A DNA stretch of 64,000 bases. It comes from an uncultured Clostridia bacterium (GTDB taxonomy: Bacteria; Bacillota; Clostridia; Oscillospirales; JAAYOS01). The DNA lies in the NCBI GenBank assembly GCA_947630675.1, contig CANRIN010000002.1, positions 1,531 through 65,530 on the forward strand, written 5' to 3'. Below are positions 59,903-64,000 of this stretch, one piece after another (positions within the stretch are counted from its first letter, which is position 1; every line of letters starts with the position of its first letter). Below the pieces are notes generated by a model. It made no database searches. It was not told where the DNA came from and saw only the letters and a program-made list of their open reading frames with translations. Made by a program: the position numbers and the translations under genes.

Positions 59903-60036
59903 ACAGGAGGCGGACGATGACAGACACTTTTGAAGAGCTTGTCCGGCGGAACTTCCGGTTCGGGCGAATGTGAGGGAAATGCGGTACACGACCCTGGCAT
60001 TTTGTCCGACTATACACATTTGAAAGGAAGATACCC

Positions 60037-61320
60037 ATGTCCGAATACAGATTTGAAACTTTACAGCTCCATGTGGGTCAGGAGCAGCCCGACCCCGCCA
60101 CCGACGCGCGCGCGGTGCCGATATACGCCACGACCTCTTACGTCTTCCATAACTGCGAGCACGCCGCGGCGCGCTTCGGCCTTGCGGACGCCGGAAACAT
60201 CTACGGACGCCTCACCAACTCCACGCAGGACGTGCTCGAGAAGCGCGTGGCGGCGCTCGAGGGCGGCGTCGCGGCGCTGGCGCTCGCCTCCGGTGCGGCG
60301 GCGATAACCTATACGCTCGAAGCCCTCGGCCAGAACGGCGGCCACTTCGTGGCACAGAAAACCATATACGGCGGCAGCTATAACCTCCTTGAACACACTC
60401 TCCCCAATTTCGGCATAACCGCTACGTTTGTCAATATCCACGACCTCGGGGAGGTGGAAGCCGCGATCCGGGAGAACACCCGCGCGATATACATAGAGAC
60501 GCTCGGAAACCCTAACAGCGATATCCCGGATATCGACGCGCTCGCGGAGCTCGCGCACAGGCACGGCCTTCCGCTCGTCGTAGACAACACGTTCGGAACG
60601 CCCTATCTCATCCGTCCGATAGAGCACGGTGCGGACATCGTCGTCCACTCCGCGACGAAGTTCCTCGGCGGACACGGCACGACGCTCGGAGGCATCATCG
60701 TCGACGGAGGCAGTTTCGACTGGAAGGCGAGCGGGAAGTATCCTGCCATTGCGGATCCGAACCCGAGCTACCACGGCATCTCGTTTGCGGACGCTGCCGG
60801 TCCGGCGGCGTTTGCGACCTACGTCCGCGCGATACTTCTCAGGGATACCGGCGCGACTATTTCGCCGTTTGCGGCGTTCCTGCTGCTCCAGGGCATAGAG
60901 ACGCTGTCGCTGCGCGTCGAGCGCCACGTCGAGAATACTCTGAAGGTCGTCGACTTCCTCGCGCACCATCCGCTTGTGGAGAAGGTGAATCATCCGTCGC
61001 TGCCGGACCATCCGGACCACGCGCTGTATGAGAAGTATTTCCCGAACGGCGGCGGCTCGATCTTTACCTTCGAGATAAAGGGCGGCGTGAAGGAAGCGCA
61101 CAGGTTCATAGACAGCCTTGAGATATTCTCGCTGCTTGCGAACGTGGCGGACGTCAAGAGCCTTGTCATACATCCGGCGACCACGACGCACAGCCAGCTC
61201 TCCGAGGAGGAGCTTGCGGATCAGGATATAAAACCGAACACCATACGCCTGTCGATAGGCACCGAGCACATCGACGACCTGATAGCAGACCTCGAGAAGG
61301 GCTTTGCGGCTATAAAGTAG
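60037..61320 (+). CDS. metY: O-acetylhomoserine aminocarboxypropyltransferase / sulfhydrylase
   Basis: 427 aa. N-terminus FETLQLH.GQ..D..T.ARAVPIY.T.SY. SATKFLGGHG carries the PLP lysine. Confidence 0.93.
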   Translation: MSEYRFETLQLHVGQEQPDPATDARAVPIYATTSYVFHNCEHAAARFGLADAGNIYGRLTNSTQDVLEKRVAALEGGVAALALASGAAAITYTLEALGQNGGHFVAQKTIYGGSYNLLEHTLPNFGITATFVNIHDLGEVEAAIRENTRAIYIETLGNPNSDIPDIDALAELAHRHGLPLVVDNTFGTPYLIRPIEHGADIVVHSATKFLGGHGTTLGGIIVDGGSFDWKASGKYPAIADPNPSYHGISFADAAGPAAFATYVRAILLRDTGATISPFAAFLLLQGIETLSLRVERHVENTLKVVDFLAHHPLVEKVNHPSLPDHPDHALYEKYFPNGGGSIFTFEIKGGVKEAHRFIDSLEIFSLLANVADVKSLVIHPATTTHSQLSEEELADQDIKPNTIRLSIGTEHIDDLIADLEKGFAAIK

Positions 61321-61375
61321 GATTGCGGCTCGCGGAGAATGCTCCGCGCCGGACGTGACGGGAGGAGAGAAGGCT

Positions 61376-61792
61376 TTGGCGACGATTTCCACAAGGGGGC
61401 GGTATGCGCTCCGCGTTCTGCTTGACCTCGCCGAGAGGCGGGAGAGCGGATATGTTCCGATGAAGGAGGTCGCTCTGCGGCAGGGGATATCCCTCAAATA
61501 TATTGAACGGATACTTCCGTCGCTCGTGGCGGCGGGATACGTGGAGGGAGTCCACGGCAAGGGAGGCGGGTACCGCTTCACGGGTGAGCCGGGCAGTATA
61601 GCCGTCGTCGATATACTGCGGCTCACCGAGGGAGACCTGGCGCCGGTGGCGTGCCTGAAGAGCGGAGCGGAGCCCTGCCCGAGAGCGGCGGAGTGCAGGA
61701 CGCTCGCTATGTGGAAAAAATTCTACGAGACGATAAACGACTTCTTCGGTAATATCACGTTGAAAGACCTTCTGGAAAAGACCGCGCCGTGA
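61376..61792 (+). CDS. Rrf2 family transcriptional regulator (CymR/IscR-like)
   Basis: TTG 61376 after GGGAGGAGAG (or GTG 61355). STRGRYALRVLLDLA wHTH. The Cys cluster C..C.....C sits in LAPVACLKSGAEPCPRAAEC. Confidence 0.88.
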   Translation: MATISTRGRYALRVLLDLAERRESGYVPMKEVALRQGISLKYIERILPSLVAAGYVEGVHGKGGGYRFTGEPGSIAVVDILRLTEGDLAPVACLKSGAEPCPRAAECRTLAMWKKFYETINDFFGNITLKDLLEKTAP

Positions 61793-61814
61793 TTTTACGG
61801 CGCAGAAACAAAAC

Positions 61815-61850
61815 CGGAGCCGGTACGCTAAGCGTACCGGCTCCGTTCTT
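61815..61850 (+). terminator. terminator-like 14-bp hairpin after the Rrf2 gene
   Basis: CGGAGCCGGTACGC-TAA-GCGTACCGGCTCCG followed by TTCTT. Confidence 0.6.
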
Positions 61851-61854
61851 CCCC

Positions 61855-62164
61855 AGCCTCGCAGAGTTTCGCGCAAAGCGCGAATAATTTCAATTATTTT
61901 TCCCGACGGCATGAATGCGCCCTTCGACTTGCTACGCGTCGAAACTTTCTACCGGGCGCATCAGACCTCGGCGCTTCGCGCCGACGTCCCAACATTGTAC
62001 GAACCGTAGAGCAAAATTTACACATCTCGCGTAGCGCGCATAGATTTTCCGCCGAAGGCGGTTCCCGCATTCTAATTAGCTCAAAGTCGGGCAATATTCG
62101 CAAAGCGAATATTGCGAGCGAGGGTTGTAAAATGTCGGATGAGGAATTGGTTCGCGCCCTCGCG
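61855..62164 (-). repeat. long mosaic repeat copy (distal part of a composite element downstream of the isomerase gene)
   Basis: Starts with AGCCTCGCAGAGTTTCGCGC. Contains TACCGGGCGCATCAGACCTCGGCGCTTCGCGCCGACGTC (identical to 30904..30942) and ATTTTCCGCCGAAGGCGG. Confidence 0.8.
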
Positions 62165-62280
62165 GTTCGCAGCGGTTAAAGTTGCTTGCCATAGGCAAGC
62201 AACTTTGCGCAGGCGGAATTTATTTCCGCCGAGCATTTCAATCAAAAGGGCTCCCACGCGGCCGCCGGCCGCGTGGGAAT
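62165..62280. repeat. three-hairpin element, copy 3
   Basis: H1 at 62178..62206, H2 at 62212..62230, H3 at 62253..62277. Conserved linkers match copies 1 and 2. Confidence 0.8.
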
Positions 62281-62331
62281 GGCGAAGCGGAGCGCAAGGC
62301 ACCGGCAGAGCTCTGCTCTGTCCGGTGCCCT

Positions 62332-62376
62332 CGCAACAAATAGGTTGCGGGCGAAGCCGGCAACCTATTTGTTGCG
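62332..62376 (-). other. 17-bp perfect hairpin whose one arm is the last codons plus stop of the isomerase gene
   Basis: CGCAACAAATAGGTTGC (62332..62348) pairs with GCAACCTATTTGTTGCG (62360..62376). The stop codon (62365..62367) lies inside the arm. Confidence 0.7.
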
Positions 62377-63309
62377 AAAGTTTAGCAGCGACTTTCCGAC
62401 GGCGCACATCGCGGCGGCCGCGGCCTTCGCGACGCCGTAGTCGTATATCGGGCTCTGCCACTGGCTGTAGAAGGTGTCCGCCTCAAAGTTGAACGTGCCG
62501 GAGTAGCCGACATCCTGCATGGCGCGGCAGAACTCCGCCCAGTTGAGGCGGCCGATGCCGGGTATCTGGTGGCGGTCGGAAAGCCCGTCGTTGTCATGGA
62601 CGTGGAGCGTTACGGTCCTGTCTCCAAGCTCGCGGAGCATATTTGCGGGCCCGCTGCCGGAGATGGCGGCGTGGCCGGTGTCGAGACACGCGGCAAAGCG
62701 CTTCTCGCCGCACATATCGTTCAGCGTGTCGATAAAGTCTATCATCTGGGCGGCGGAGGAGCAGGTCGTAGGCACGAGCTTGTGCGTGTCCGGGTCGGAG
62801 GCGAACATGTTCTCGATGCAGAGAGTGACGCCGGTGTCGCGGAGCGCGGGGAACATTGCCGCATAGAACTCGAAGTTGGAGCGGCGGCACTCCTCGAGGT
62901 TCCTTCCGTAGATGAAGCTCGGATGCATCGCCGGATGTATGACTATGTGAGGACATTCCATGTACGCGGAGGCGTAGATGGAGCGTATCGCGCACTTCAG
63001 CAGCGCGGGGTCGCGCTCGTCGTCGTAGACCTTGAGCGGGAACGGGGCGTGGCACTGGTATATCCACAGCCCGCGCTCGTCCGCGAGCTTCTTCACCTCG
63101 CGGAAGTACTCGGCAAAGGACTCCTCGTCGGCAAGCGCAAAGAGGTCGCCCGTCGGCGGGAGGTGAAACATGCCGTAATCGAGCGCCTCGAAGCCCGCCT
63201 CTGCAAAGGCGTCGAACGCGGCGCGGTGGCCGAACTTGACGACGAGCTCGTGCGTGGAGGTGCTCACCATGCCGCGAGCCGTACGTCCCTTAAAATACCT
63301 GTCTGTCAT
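62365..63309 (-). CDS. sugar phosphate isomerase/epimerase (xylose-isomerase-like TIM barrel)
   Basis: 314 aa. HAPF, CIEN and TLHVHDNDG...H..PG.G are metal-ligand motifs of the family. Confidence 0.85.
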   Translation of the reverse strand: MTDRYFKGRTARGMVSTSTHELVVKFGHRAAFDAFAEAGFEALDYGMFHLPPTGDLFALADEESFAEYFREVKKLADERGLWIYQCHAPFPLKVYDDERDPALLKCAIRSIYASAYMECPHIVIHPAMHPSFIYGRNLEECRRSNFEFYAAMFPALRDTGVTLCIENMFASDPDTHKLVPTTCSSAAQMIDFIDTLNDMCGEKRFAACLDTGHAAISGSGPANMLRELGDRTVTLHVHDNDGLSDRHQIPGIGRLNWAEFCRAMQDVGYSGTFNFEADTFYSQWQSPIYDYGVAKAAAAAMCAVGKSLLNFRNK

Positions 63310-63340
63310 AGATATCCCTCCGTATGTATGTGTATTTTTG

Positions 63341-63378
63341 CCGTGTCCGCAGACGGGAGCTCCCGTCTGCGGACACGG
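63341..63378. repeat. perfect 38-nt palindrome between nspC and the isomerase gene
   Basis: CCGTGTCCGCAGACGGGAG / CTCCCGTCTGCGGACACGG. Flanked on both sides by GTATGTATGT-type tetranucleotide repeats and T-runs. Confidence 0.9.
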
Positions 63379-63402
63379 TTTTGTATGTATGTAATGGCAC
63401 CG

Positions 63403-64000
63403 TTACTTTGACTTTCGGCTTCCGAGCCGCTCGCGGAAGTCGTCATAGCCGAACTCGGCGAGGGTGTCGATGCTCCCGTCGCCCCTCAGAAGGTATATCG
63501 AGGGGAGAGGTATGCCGTTGAAGGTGTTTGTTTTGCAGGTGGTGTACTGGGCCATGTCCCCGAAGAGGACGAGCTCGCCTATGCCCGGCTTCACCTTCAG
63601 GTCGTACTTGCCGAAGCTGTCAGCTGCGAGGCAGCTGCACCCGCCGAACCGGCAGCGCACCGGCCCGCCGTCCTCCGACTCGTTGTACATCGGCGGCTTG
63701 TAGGGCATCTCTATCACATCGGGGGTGTGGCAGGCGGCGCTCGCGTCGAGCACGGCGATGCAGTCGAGACCGTCGTCTATGACGTCGAGCACGCGGGAGG
63801 CGAAGTAGCCGGCGTTGTATACCCATGCCTCGCCGGGCTCGGCGTACACCTCCACGCCGTAGGTCTCGCGCAGGTGACGCACACAGCGCTCGAAGCGCTC
63901 GATGTCGTAACCGGGCTTTGTTATGAGGTGGCCGCCGCCGAGGTTTACCCACTTTACGCGGCGGAGTATGTCGCCGAACTTCTCCTCGAGCGCCGCAAGG
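63403..64000 (-). CDS. nspC: carboxynorspermidine/carboxyspermidine decarboxylase, C-terminal part (5' end outside the window)
   Basis: The frame stays open to the window edge (…VNLGGGHLITKPGYD…MRHLRETYGVEVYAEPGEA…). Fold III decarboxylase motifs are present. The C-terminus is typical of NspC. Confidence 0.8.
   Translation of the reverse strand, partial: LAALEEKFGDILRRVKWVNLGGGHLITKPGYDIERFERCVRHLRETYGVEVYAEPGEAWVYNAGYFASRVLDVIDDGLDCIAVLDASAACHTPDVIEMPYKPPMYNESEDGGPVRCRFGGCSCLAADSFGKYDLKVKPGIGELVLFGDMAQYTTCKTNTFNGIPLPSIYLLRGDGSIDTLAEFGYDDFRERLGSRKSK

Overview
High-GC chromosomal core region of a spore-forming Firmicute, Clostridia-like, judged from spoVT, a Prp/L27 pair, a Phe T-box, an LL-DAP aminotransferase and a YjcZ-like tiny peptide. 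All calls come from reading the sequence and the ORF track by eye; no searches were run. Starts were refined from in-frame ATG/GTG/TTG codons preceded by GGAGG-like ribosome-binding sites. The window holds a reduced dcw cluster (murE-mraY-ftsW-murG-murA-ftsQ-ftsZ), an IlvD/Edd dehydratase plus rex, and a two-gene double-ASKHA activase / dehydratase-like operon of unknown function. It also holds nagB, a GH2 beta-galactosidase, dapL-dapF, a T-box-controlled pheST, rplU-prp-rpmA-obg, a sigma/anti-sigma pair, the full rimP-nusA-ylxR-ylxQ-infB-rbfA-nrnA-truB-ribF operon, spoVT, metY with an Rrf2 regulator, and a partial nspC. Most long ORFs antisense to these genes are GC-rich shadow ORFs. The most unusual content is non-coding. 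Two families of hairpin-rich modular repeats fill six intergenic regions, always starting next to a stop codon and always in the same polarity relative to that gene; one family (three hairpins, about 115 nt) shows compensatory stem changes between copies. Other items worth a second look are a Cys/Met-rich leader ORF plus an intrinsic terminator ahead of metY, an AT-rich non-coding island carrying three tandem DnaA-box-like 9-mers and an orphan terminator, and an unannotated 37-codon tiny transmembrane ORF. I saw no rRNA, tRNA, CRISPR array, transposase or recognisable defence system.
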